Below, piece by piece: positions 48,851 through 61,129 of a stretch of DNA of 64,000 bases. Location: positions 62,001-126,000 of the IMG/VR virus record IMGVR_UViG_3300048625_000299. One strand, 5' to 3'. Position 1 is the stretch's first letter; every line of letters begins with the position of its first letter. A program made the position numbers and the translations under genes. Below the pieces are notes generated by a model that saw only the letters and a program-made list of their open reading frames with translations, was not told the DNA's origin and searched no databases.

Positions 48851-49602
48851 CAAAGTTGTATACAGTGCGCGTATCGTATGATTATGTTGTACTTGCTGAT
48901 AGTGTCAATGATGCATATGCCGTAGGTCAGAGCTACATCAAAGAAGCATTGAGCGATATGCCAATCCATGATGTTGATGTTGACATTATCGAAGGCGTAA
49001 GTGCATATGGTTGGGATAATGAATGTATCCCATATGGCGGCGACGGTAACACTCGCACAGGCGAATATTTGAAGGAGCAAGTAAAATGAAATCTATTACT
49101 ATTATTTTTGGAACGATCGCTTTTGTCGTTGCAAGCATTCTCTTCCGCGCATGGGCATTAACTGTGTTGTGGGCATGGTTCCTCGTACCGCTTGGTATGG
49201 TTGCGTTGTCAATCTCGAGCGCAATCGGCATCTCGATCATTGTCGGCATGTTTACACAGCATCTTGCAAAAGAATCGAAGGATGAGAAGGCAAAAGACAC
49301 ATATGAATTGATCGGCGATATTGCTGGTCGTGCAATCGGTGCGCCTCTGCTGTCGTTGTTCTTTGGTTGGATCGTAACTCTGTTCATGTAATATGTGCGA
49401 ATGTTCTGTCTGCAAGTATAGCAAATTGGTTAGGCCAATGCTATTGCAACTCGACGAAGAGCAACGGCAGTTCTTCGAACAGATGTATGAATCATTGATC
49501 GAGACTCAATACGATCTCGACTACTACAAAGCAATCGTAGATGGTTCATGGCCGATGGCAGATGAAATTATCGCACGCAAACGCAGGAAAGAAACTGAAT
49601 GA
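48847..49602 (+). other. hypothetical ORFs 48847-49089, 49086-49391 (multi-TM), 49393-49602
   Basis: Coupled ORFs. Confidence 0.65.
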
Positions 49603-50114
49603 AAGTAATTATTGCAGGCGGACGCGATGTGTTTGACTTTGATGTTGTAAGTGAAGCAGTAAAGAAGTCGCACTATGCAATTTCTGAGGTTGTATCGGGT
49701 GGCGCTCAGGGCGCTGACCATCTCGGTGAGATATATGCTGCTGAAAACAATATCCCTGTCAAGGTGTTTCCTGCCAACTGGGATAAGCATGGCCGCTCAG
49801 CTGGGCCGATTCGTAATGGCGAGATGGCTGAGTATGCAGATGCACTGATCGCAATTTGGGATGGTCAGTCTCGTGGCACGAAGAATATGATTGAACAGGC
49901 GACCGAAAGGGGGTTGCAGGTCTACGTCTATCCTGTATCTAAGCCTCGGTGGTTTGTTGGTGTGACTGCAGATAACAGAACATACATCCAAGACGAAGAC
50001 TTCAAGCATGATGCTAGATTATATGTCGATGGAGACTTCTACACCGGCAAGCAAAAGATGGCATACGTCAGAATGATATGTGAGATATTAAATGAACACA
50101 ACGACAGAAAATGA
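49599..50114 (+). CDS. YspA-like SLOG (DUF2493) protein with C-terminal extension
   Basis: IAGGR, SGGAQGAD, AGPIRN, WDGQSRGT. Confidence 0.88.
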   Translation: MKVIIAGGRDVFDFDVVSEAVKKSHYAISEVVSGGAQGADHLGEIYAAENNIPVKVFPANWDKHGRSAGPIRNGEMAEYADALIAIWDGQSRGTKNMIEQATERGLQVYVYPVSKPRWFVGVTADNRTYIQDEDFKHDARLYVDGDFYTGKQKMAYVRMICEILNEHNDRK

Positions 50115-50236
50115 TTTGTTAGCCGTCGACAAGACAGCATTCGATATTGCAATTATGAAAGCAATGGTGCTTTCAGTGCAAAATCTTGCACGCCAGGTTG
50201 AGCAGTTGACTAAACGTGTTGAGCGTCTAGAAGGAA

Positions 50237-52154
50237 ATGATGATGGAAAAGATATTTCGCAGTAAGTGGGCCAAGCTGACCATCAGCCGGTACACACACT
50301 GGACTGTTAAGTATGAAGTGCCTTCCGACGATTGTGATTCGTGGGAATGGGACAACGAGCGACCCCACGGCCAACGTGCAATTCATCGCGCATGGATTAT
50401 CATTGGCATCAGGCGTTTGTTTTTCCAACTGTACTTGTGGAAGGTAACACCATTCGAAGGCAGCTGGGATGGTGATAATACGAAGCAATATGGCATTACA
50501 TACTTCGAACGATCGCTCCATGTTCATTGGGGCCGCACTAAGGTTTATTGGTTGCCTTGGGATTGGAAGATCGTCCGTCACGACTTGCTCCATATGGATG
50601 GCAGTCTCTACTATCGCAACTCATACCCAATCAAGAAGAGATCATATTCTTGGTATGAAGTATTGGAGATGAAAGAATCGCCATTCCCTAAGTCGGATGT
50701 TCAAACACAAGTTGCAGATTACGTTGAACTCACTCACTACACTAAGGATGGTCGCAAGCAAGTAGCAAAGATCCGACTCGTCGGTGAAGAGCGCGAATGG
50801 AGATGGCGTTGGTTTAGCTGGCTGCCATGGCCAAGACAAATCAGTCGAGTTGTTGATTGTTCGTCTGACGTTGAGCTCGGCGAAAGGGCTGGCTCGTGGA
50901 AGGGTGGAATGATGGGTTGGAGTGCCCCCTTAGAAAAGGGACAGTCTTTGAGAGAAGCATTCTATGCATGGTACAGGAAGTGGGACGGCCGATGAAACTG
51001 GATAAAGAAGGAAACCGAGCATTCTGGATGGATGTATATCCAGATGGTTGGACTGCCGAGCGCCTCGAAAATGAGATGCATGATTATATGCAGCTGCTTG
51101 ACGGATTGGATGTGTTGTATATGCACATTACTAATGGCCAGTGCTCAAAACCAATGACAAGCAAGTCTGTCGTAATGGCTTTGCATGATGATGCTGTTAC
51201 AGAAATAGTTGACCAAGCAATCAAAGACCACTTCGATGATCGCTATGGTTTCAACGAAGACCTGCGTAAGTTGACTATCTCTGTATTATCGGAGAAAGTG
51301 GTGTCGCTAAAAGGTAAGAATGGAACTGAGTTTACCCAAGCTCAGTTGTGTAAGATTATTGACTTATTGGATGTGTGATATGAACAAGACTCAAAAACGT
51401 GTAGTTAAAGTGCTCGAGCGAATGATCGATCTCGCCAAAGAGAATGAAGATGACGCAGATATGTTCAGTGAAGAACTCGAATACATGCTCGACGGCATCG
51501 CAGAGAATGATGGTTTTGGCACTGAGCGTACAACCGATCCACGAGGCGACTTCCGCGACTATGGTGGTTGGTCTATGACACGTGTCCAAGGGGTGGACAA
51601 ATGAGTATCAGTTGGGAAGTTGAAGAGCTTGCAGCAGTAATGACTGGCGCAAAGGATGATGATGCTGTTGAGAAAGTAATCAACGAAGGGACTGCCGATC
51701 GACGCTTGTATGACAAATACGAAATCTCGTTGGAGCAGTTCGAGCACATCGTCGAAGACTTGATGAAGTTTGTTCCCAAACTAACATCCCCACTCACAAA
51801 GAAGCAATATCATGCTTTGATGTGGAATGACTCCGCAATTGTTAAGGTAGAAGCAAAATGAAACACAAAGTCCGCGTCACGATGCATTATGTGGTTGAAG
51901 TAGAATTCAACCCATCACAAGATATGCAAGAAACACTCAAAGAATTTAACGAGTGTATGTTCTCATGTGAGAGTGAAGAAGAACTCGCAAAGTTTACTGC
52001 TACGCAAGTAGCTCGTAATGGTGGCAGCGGCTTTGTTGAGGGCGTTGGCAAATGTGGTGAAGCGTATTGGGATACGTTCGCTGATGATCCCGCTCCTGAT
52101 GCACTGGTCAGCATCGAAGTTGAAGAAGTAGAATCGGAGATTGTAAATGAATGA
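50237..52154 (+). other. hypothetical ORFs (50237-50995 Trp-rich; 50992-51378; ~51380-51604; ~51601-51861; 51858-52154)
   Basis: Coupled co-oriented ORFs. Confidence 0.65.
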
Positions 52155-52512
52155 TACTCTACTATTAGTCACGTTGCTTTTCACTAAGCATTTCATCGTT
52201 GACTTCCCGTTGCAGGGACCATTTCAATGGATGAATAAGGGGACGTATATGCACCCAGGCGGGTTGTTACATGCCGCCCTGCACGGACTTACTACGATGT
52301 TGTGTTTCTGGTGGTATGCGCCGTTAGCATGCGTCTGGATCGGCTTCTTCGATGCATTGATCCACTACCACATCGATTGGGCTAAGATGAATCTCAATGC
52401 GTGGTATGGTTGGAAACCAGACACCAGCGAAAAGTTCTGGTGGTTGCTCGGACTCGACCAGTACCTCCATGCATTGACGTACATCGGTTTGATAGCACTG
52501 GTGACAGCATGA
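52147..52512 (+). CDS. DUF3307-like membrane protein
   Basis: KHFIVDFPLQ, HAALH, HYHIDW, GLDQYLH. Confidence 0.82.
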   Translation: MNDTLLLVTLLFTKHFIVDFPLQGPFQWMNKGTYMHPGGLLHAALHGLTTMLCFWWYAPLACVWIGFFDALIHYHIDWAKMNLNAWYGWKPDTSEKFWWLLGLDQYLHALTYIGLIALVTA

Positions 52513-53591
52513 AGTATTTGATTATTATTGCTGCGCTGTTTCTTACAGCATGCGATGTGAAGGAGCGGACTGTTGATAATCCTCCACCAAAACCTAACTG
52601 GCAGAACGCTGCAACCGAATACAAGTGCACGGCCGACCAAATGACAAAGGTACAGGCTGAGCATGTATTCTGTAAAGAGAATACATCTTATTTTACTAGC
52701 TATTGTTATAACAGTGCGATCATCCGCAACTGTGCTAAGATTGTTGGAGATACAAAATAATGTTCTACGGAAAAACTGAAGAAGAAGCAATCGCCGCTGG
52801 CGTCAAGCATTGTGAAGAGTATGGTTCAATCGACTTTGATGGTATGAATTGTGCTGATGCTTGGGACGAAGGCGAACACTGTATGGGCTGGGATGGCGTC
52901 GAACGTCGTTGCGACTGCGGCAATCGTCGCGTCAGTTGGGAAACGACTCAGATGGCAGATGGCACATTCATGGCTTACGGATCGGCATACTAATGAAGCC
53001 ATACTTTGAAAAATTTCAACTGACAGAAGACCACATCAAGCTGTTGCAGAAGATGTACTGCAGCTTCCGCACCGATGCATATGATGGCGCACCTGAGATC
53101 GATGCCAAACGTCCATATGGCAATTCGGATGTTGCTGGTGATGTCAATGAGATCGTCTTCCAAGAAGAGTTCGACGAAGATGATGATATGCCTGAAGAGT
53201 TGTATGAGCGTTGTATGGCTCTTCACAAAGAGACTGGCAAGGCATTGCAGATCTGCTTGTCTACAACATCATTCAAGCCTGGATTGTATGGACGACCAAC
53301 ATCATATAACACACAAACGTGGGAATGGATTTCAGAATGACATACGATGTACAGATGCTACAAAAGCATATGGAGCAGCTGCAGGACACTGTTGATACGA
53401 TCGCTCGTGCGGTTGATGTGAAGTCTGCAGACGGTGTGGTTTGGGATGATCTCAGACGCATTGCACAACAAGCAGTCAAGCGACAAAGCGTTCGACGCAA
53501 CTTTAATCAAGCAGCTCATAAGCATACAGAGCTCCGTGCTGCTCTTGCAGAACTGGAAGCCGACTATCCAAAGTTAAGGAACCTACCATGA
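52509..53591 (+). other. small ORFs including a lipoprotein (LTAC, ~52509-52760) and Cys-rich 52760-52993
   Basis: Coupled ORFs. Confidence 0.6.
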
Positions 53592-53995
53592 GATGTGATA
53601 ATACAGATGTAGCATCGGTCGGATTGCAGCCAAGTGGTCGCACATATACAGCTGAATGCTTGAAAGAAGCAGTCGACAAGATCAATGCTGGGTCGGGGGA
53701 GCTGCTAGGATCATTCCAGGGGGTCGAAGAACCATTTGTTATTGAGCGAGCAACACACATCTGTCGTAACTTTACATTCAAGGACGGGTACATTAAGTGT
53801 GATGTTGAAATTCTCAACACGCCGGATGGCGAGCACCTGAAGATGATACTAGAAGACGGCCGTGTACCGATGAAGATGAACGTATCTGGGAGAGGGTATG
53901 TTGATGAAAATGGCATCGTGTCTGATTTTGAAATTTTATATGTGAATGCGGGGTTGTCTGATGGACCAGTATCAGAACGTATTGACGCTAATTGA
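53588..53995 (+). CDS. short prohead-protease (gp21/S77)-like protein
   Basis: GRTYT...ATHI...EILNTPDG...VSGRG. Confidence 0.65.
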   Translation: MRCDNTDVASVGLQPSGRTYTAECLKEAVDKINAGSGELLGSFQGVEEPFVIERATHICRNFTFKDGYIKCDVEILNTPDGEHLKMILEDGRVPMKMNVSGRGYVDENGIVSDFEILYVNAGLSDGPVSERIDAN

Positions 53996-56853
53996 TAAGC
54001 GAATTGCAGAGAAGCAAGCTATCATGGATAGCATGGCACCTTCCGGTAAGGAAGGTTTTGCTATTTTAAACTTCATGCTTAGCATGTATATCGTTGAGAT
54101 GACAGAAGTCAAAGAACAACTGATTGAAGCAGCTAAAATGGCTCCAGTCGTTTGCAAAGACGATGATGGACACACATACGAAGTGCCGTCCATCCTTGTT
54201 GCCAGATTCAATCAACTGATGGATGATATCTGGAATTCAGAACCACGATCAGATGAACGATATGATGCCTACGATAGGCTCAATGAGGAGTTTGGTCAGT
54301 ATCAACGATAGGAGTTGCTATGGCGATCAAGAAAAAGCAAGCAAAGAAATTCGTCTACGGTGTTGGGCATTACTGGGAAGGCGAAAGCGGTTCAGTGGGC
54401 TTGTATGCCTATGGCAACGAGCTATTCCATGGTACAATGGAACAAGCACGAAGTTTCCGTGAGTACATACGAGGGTGTGAAGTTCGAGACAAGAAAAAGA
54501 AAGCCGATCGTCGTGATTGGCGCATCTTCCAATTGATCGAGGTTCCAGAATGACCGAAAATGAAGAACGCTATTTGTGGTTGCGTGACAATAGGTCTCGA
54601 TATCACGACGCGCCATATGTGCTGAATCAACGAAAGTCGGTTCTATATGCAATGGCACGTTTACGTGATGAGGAGTTAGATATTGCACTCGATCACGACA
54701 TCTTCGATAACAAGTTGCAAGAGCTTCACGATGCAAATGAAATCGTCGAGCGTGGATTGTTGCCCGAAGGCGCATCACGTTGGGATTTTGAAGGTCCGTA
54801 TGTTGAAGCGCTGATAAAGCTAACTCACCAAGAGTTGGGGTGGAGCGATGAGCGAGTAGCAAGGATAATGCCAGATGAAAGGTATGGAGTATGAGTAAGG
54901 TAACAAATTCTTATTGGTTTAACAGCAATGGCCGCACAATCGGTATCATTGAAGTTGAAACCGAGTATGATGGATTGAAGTACTACATCGGTATTCCGAA
55001 GCGTGAAGGTGGTTCTCAGAAGGACGATGAGCTTGAGATTTCTGAATGGGGATCTATGTTCCCTAAAGCAGCAGCTCAGACGTTGTTCTATGGTGCACCC
55101 TTGAAGGAATCAACGTAATGTGGTATTACTTAATCATAATCCAGCTGACTGCAAACGCACATGCTATTGCATCAAACCTCGGTGAGTATAAGGGCAAAGA
55201 AGCATGCATGGCTGCAGCTACAGCAGTCACTCAATCATCCAACAACTTGAATGGCAAGGCTCTTTGTGTGCCTAAGGGAAGCTGATGAAATTCTTTGCAA
55301 TGGCACATAGCGACGGCTCGTTTCATGCCGTCTATAAGATTCCTGGCAGCGAGATGCTATCGAGCGTCGCTCGTTGTTTGACACTTCGCGCAGCTCAAGA
55401 GATTGCAAGGGAAGAGAACAGAGCTCGACCAGAAACCAAGTACGTCGATCCATACGATCGAGCGATTCCGAAAGGATTCTATACAGATGAGGATGCAGCA
55501 TGACTGAGTGGATTTTGTTTGTAATGATGTGTACACGTGGTTGTGCACCGCAGTATGCTGTTGTGTATCCGTCCAAGGCTGCATGCGAGCAAGCTGCTAA
55601 GCCGACTGTCAACAACTGGACAAGCTCAACGTCTGTGTATTGTGTACCGAGAGTGATGTTGGAGGACAAGCGATGAGAGAAGGATTCTTGTGGGCTGTTG
55701 CTAACTTTGCTGTTGGTGCACTATTTGCCATCGTTATATTATTGCTGCAGAAAGCATTCGCATGAATGAAGAAGATTTGGTCTATCGCCTAAGAAAGCGA
55801 GCAGAGATCAGAAGACAAATCCCTGGACGCAAAAGCGTAGAAGAAGGGACACCCGACCGCATTGCTAATATTTTAGAAGAAGCTGCGGACGAGATTGAAC
55901 AATTAAGAAAGAAATTAGATGGCAACACCCAGTCCTGAGATTACAAAAGAGATGCGCGAGCAGTGGCGAGTGGAACATGCACGCAAGCGTGCCGCTGAAA
56001 AGGTTATCGTCGATACTCTGCTTGCTAAGGGCGACTTCACCGATGATGATGGATACCCTACCGACGATGCTCTAACGATCGTTGAGCTGTGGCCATGGGA
56101 AGATGAAAAAGGTTGGTTCAAATTCATCGAAAGCATTTGGTGGATGAAGAGTTGGGGCTTCAATGAAGGCTGGACTGCGCACGATTGGGACGAGACGAAA
56201 GAAGTATACATCTACGAGATCTCAACTGCTGGATGGTCTGGCAATGAGAGCGTAATTCGATCAATGCAAAAGAATGACATGCTATGGAACACAACATGGG
56301 TACAGAGTCGACGTGGTGGACACTTTATTTTCGAATTAAGAGACGAATTGAGGGACAAGAATGGATCGGAACAAAGCCAATGAGTGAAGGTTTTAATTGG
56401 AGAGAGTTTGTTGGGTTGCAGCCACTCCCTGCACAGGCAGGAATGTGTTTCTATATGGAAGCACGAGTAGATGGTGCTGTACAGGATGAGCCTGCTGCCA
56501 ACCAAATCACAATTAGCGTTCTCAAGTGTGCAATTGAATGTACGATGACTGAACAAGAGGTCAGCGAAAAGGTCGAAGACATGCTTCAACAATTTCCGAT
56601 CGCCCGAAGCAAGTGCACACAATACAACACAACCGACATAGAACAAGCACATAAGATCGAAATTCAAATGCACAGCAACAACGTCGCGCGGCTGACGCAT
56701 CGTGGTTTTGCCAACAAGCAGCATGGCAATACACATCTATATGTTGGTACATCAGCAATGGATGCTCCTATCATTGTTGCTCAATTTGAGGATAAATTTG
56801 GTATCTTCAAACATCCCAAATTTGATAACTATGGATTCAATTTCAAACCATGA
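53961..56853 (+). other. run of small hypothetical ORFs (e.g. 54320-54553, 54891-55118, 55285-55503, 55919-56383, ~56380-56853)
   Basis: Dense co-oriented ORFs, no recognised motifs. Confidence 0.6.
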
Positions 56854-57152
56854 GAATGTACATCGCGATTAAAGAACATCTGCCAATCGGCCACGTTCTT
56901 AATACTGCTGCACATGCAGGGCTTGCTTGCTACCTGAAGTATAAGCATTTGCCTGACATGCAGATCTGGACTATGAAGAGCTTCAAGAAAGTGACATGCT
57001 CCGTTACTGATGAAGAGTTCGAAGCCTTAAAGGCAATTCCAAACCATGTTGTTCTAACTGAAAGTCGGTTAGATAATATGGAGACAGCTATTGTATTGGC
57101 TCCTCGTCCCGAGTGGCCATCTAACGTAAAAGCATTGAGGCTATGGAAATGA
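56850..57152 (+). CDS. peptidyl-tRNA hydrolase 2 (PTH2)-like protein
   Basis: MYIAI..L..G...AAHAGL, FKKV, TAIVLAPR, LRLW. Confidence 0.75.
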   Translation: MRMYIAIKEHLPIGHVLNTAAHAGLACYLKYKHLPDMQIWTMKSFKKVTCSVTDEEFEALKAIPNHVVLTESRLDNMETAIVLAPRPEWPSNVKALRLWK

Positions 57153-60100
57153 TGACAATCAAATTAAACAAGTCGTGGCACTTCTGGTTGGCCAATTTTG
57201 GCGACAAGCGGATCTACGCTGAGTGCACCACAAACATCTGCGAATATACGCGCGCCGTGATGATTGGTTCATTTTGGGCATTCGTGTCGTTGTTCTTCGC
57301 TTGCGTATTTGGTGGCTGGGTTCTTGCCTCGCTGATCAACATTGTTCAGTGGGTGTTCATGGACGTTGAGATTGAAAAGTACACCGTGATGTTCCTGGGC
57401 ATTGTGTTGTTGTTCGGTGGTGCCATCGCGATCTTTATGTATAAAGAGTGGCTGGCCAATCGACCGAAGAAAGATACGCCACCAACATTTGTCGGCAGTG
57501 CATATCGTAAGTTCAAGGACAAGACCTGCTTCCGTGTCGAATTTAACCAAGAGTAATACATGATTACAATTGAACTGCTGAGTAAAGTGCTGATGACGGA
57601 GTCGGCATGGGTACTGTTCCTTGCATTATTGTCGGCTATGTTGTATAAGGATGTGTCACTACAACCTCGTTGGTTTTACCGTCTCGGTGTTGGTAGTATC
57701 TTCGCAATGCTAGCCACACTTCTTGGCGCAGCGTTCTATACAATCTGGTACATAGTGTAATGTTTGATCGAGTACAAGTAACGCATCTCACGCCTCCCGG
57801 CTATCAGTATGTCAATGTGACGGAGAAGCGTGCACCTACTGATGAGTCTGTCCGTCTTCTGAAAGAGATGGAGCAGAAGGCACGCGACAATATCATTGCG
57901 TCGATCGAGCTCGACTCTAACCTAGTGAAGGGTCGAGTATTTGTGATGAAAGAATGGTTGTCTGGTAAGAACAACTTCGCTGTGTTGATGGATATCAATG
58001 GCAAGCGCGTTGAAATCAAAGTATCGACTGATGAGTACAACTCTGTGGAATCACAAATGCAACGGATCTACGAAGAAATCGGCAAGCGAATCGCTGTCGA
58101 AGTGATGCCAGCCGTATTTGATGAAGCAAAGAAAGCTGCGTTGTTCAAATGACACCAGAGATGATCAGTTCGATTGTTAACAAGGCAAGTAGCATCGCTA
58201 CAAACCATGCGATGCACGGAACACCATTGGCTGCTATGGCATGGATTCCTCCTCGCACACCGACTGACGACCCAGAAGGAATGTTTGCTATTAAGTATGC
58301 CGAACCATTTTCAGCTGCAGATACACCACCATGGCTAAAATAAGTTTAAAAGACCAAGCATTGATTGAAGCACGCGAGTCGCTTGCTATTATGTTCGATA
58401 ATGCTCGGTATGAAGAAGACATTGAAATAATCGCAGAGCGAATTGAGATGATCGATCGTGCTCTGGCTGAGAAGCCAAAGTATGAGACATTCGAAGACTG
58501 GCTCAATGAGATTGAGAACTATGGCACTCGTGCTGAGCGTTTTTATGAGTCGCTAGAAGGTTTCCAATCGGAGCTTGGAAAGATATCAAACGGCTTGTTG
58601 TGGCTGAAGGCTGCATTTGATGTTGGTAGGAACGATTTATAATGGCGAAATTGATAGCACCTGGTCCGCTCGACTTCAACGAAGAAGCGACGTTCCACTT
58701 TAAAGAGCGAGTACTCGACCGTCAGGCGTTCTCTGTCGACTTTACTCTTCCTCCTGAAGCAATCCGATACAATACTGATGAATTGTTTGGCGAGGGCCTT
58801 GCGAGAGTGACGGCTTATGTATATGGTGAAGACTTAGGCACACGCAGAGTCGTGTTGTCGCAGCCAGCTACATGGTGGGATCACTTCAAGAAAGATCATA
58901 TGCCAGAATGGTTCTGTGAGCGATTCCCAATCAAATGGCACTATCAAAGATATGTGTTTGATGCGAAAGCATTGTATCCACACTACAGGCCGCTTAATGG
59001 GTATAGCCAACCAAGATATGTTGTCCGAGAAATTGGATTAGAGGAATATGATGATGAATTCGATTCGTAATTGGTTTCGTGGCTCGCCAACAAAAGATGC
59101 ATACTACGGTCTGCTTAGTGACTATGAGACGCTCGTTCGTCTTGCTCGTCGATGTGCATATGATCTGAGACATACGGTCGACCAAATACCAGCTGACCAC
59201 TTCTACATCAAAAAGATGAAGATGGACGAAGCAGCTCAGTATTGGGTAGGTCTGTTTGCAAAGGGCAATCCTGGCAAAGACTATCGCCTGAAGTTGCATA
59301 GCCAGATCGTGGACCTTGAAACAAAGAACGAAAAGCTCAAGCAGCTTTGTCTGGATAATGGCATCAGCATTTCAGAGGTATACAAAGATGATATCCCATT
59401 TTAAATTTTTGGAATTCAATCCTATCCGCCATTCGCGCGGTGCTCCTGCAGCACGCGTTGAAGTGTGGGAGAACGATCGTGGCGTTATCAGCGCATGTGA
59501 TTGGTTGTGGATGACTAAGAGCGACATCAAGAAGAATATTCTTGAATGGGGTGAAGATCCTGGACTGTTAGAGGCATTGAGTCATTATGAGCGATAAACT
59601 AACGCCATGCGCATGCGTCGGTCCGCTCGGTAGCGGCCCACACTGCCCTTGCGTAATGAAACAAATGGGCCTCACGCCGACTGATATTTGGACAGATGAA
59701 GCGAAACAACAATTCGCAGAAGCACTCAATAAGATATTCAAGAAAGATGACAATGAGAACAAATAATCCAATTCCATACACTGGTTTGTATGTGACTCCT
59801 ACAGATCAAACACATTTGGTTGATATTATCAGTGGTATGTACTCTGGTCCCGAGCGTGCAGCAGCAATGGCTGGAGCATGTATGGCTTTGAACCTAGCAT
59901 ACACATTGGTCGAGGAGAACTACGACACATCAGTATTTGCTGTTCCTAATGCCGTAGACGAAGCACGAGCAGCTGCACGAGCATGAGAACAAAAGACGCT
60001 GGCGTAGTCTTCCTGTTTGAAGGTGACAGCGCTCTGTGGATTACACGCTTGAAATATGGTGATAGCGGAATCCGCGGATATGTCATCAACGGCAATTGGT

Positions 60101-61064
60101 ATTTTGAATATGATGGCACGCATGTAAAGGCATGTAGGGCAACCACCACAATGGTTGACGACCCAACACAATGGGGTGGGTGGAACTGGAAGCAAACGAT
60201 TCATTGGGACGATCCTGTTTCAGTAGTAGAGAAGAAAATCGTTGCACAGATTCCCATTCCTCAGAGCATGGTCGAACACTACTCTGAGGAATATTATTGG
60301 CACCATTATAATGAAATGATTGAATATGCAAGAAATGAATACAAGCATACTGGACAAGCGGTTGGTGTCTGATACCAACCTGTCGGAAGAAACACGAGCA
60401 CGGATCGAAGCAATCCAACGTCGAATGGAAGAGCAAGGTGTGACGAATGTCCGCTTCTCCTGGAATTACGAGAAGCTATTGGAAGATAAGCCAATGCTGG
60501 AGACAGTAGCACGCACATTGTGTGATGTTATGGAGAAGGATCTCAGTGGTGAGGACTTTGAAGAAGTTGTGTTCGACGATACGCCAGACATCCCAACAGA
60601 CGTACAAGAGATCATCAACAATACAACACTATGAGCAAAACATATTTCCTCACAAATGCTGATGATGACATCATGTGCTGTTGGAGCGGCGATGCGTCAC
60701 GTACAAACATCATCGAATTCAAACGCAACCACCCATACTCACCACAGGACGTCGTTCGTCTCATGAACAAGGCATTCCGTCTTGGCTGTGAAGATAAGGC
60801 AGAAGAAATTAGAAACGTATTGGGGGTCAAATGATTAAGTATGTTGTTGGTTTATTTGTACTGGTTGCTATGATCGGTTGCTCACCCAGTGCGCGTCGCA
60901 AGGAATATCCTATACTGCCAGTTGAATTGAAGGATTGTGTATTCTTCCGTCTGATGGACGAAGATGGTGCAAGTATTACTGTTGCACGGTGTCCTAACAG
61001 TACAACGACCGTACGCCAGAGCGATAAGCCTGGAACCACAGCAGTGGTTATCGACGGCAAGTAA
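57143..61064 (+). other. run of hypothetical ORFs, several membrane or lipoprotein (57143, 57560, 57760, 58149, 58331, 58642, 59048, 59983, 60631, 60831)
   Basis: Coupled co-oriented ORFs. Confidence 0.6.
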
Positions 61065-61071
61065 TAGCTAG

Positions 61072-61100
61072 TTGGCCGAATGATTGGACTGTCTTATAAT
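61072..61100 (+). promoter_or_regulatory. sigma70 promoter TTGGCC-17-TATAAT
   Basis: Same architecture as 21395. Confidence 0.7.
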
Positions 61101-61129
61101 AGAGGCATAAACAATCATTCGGAGTAGTT

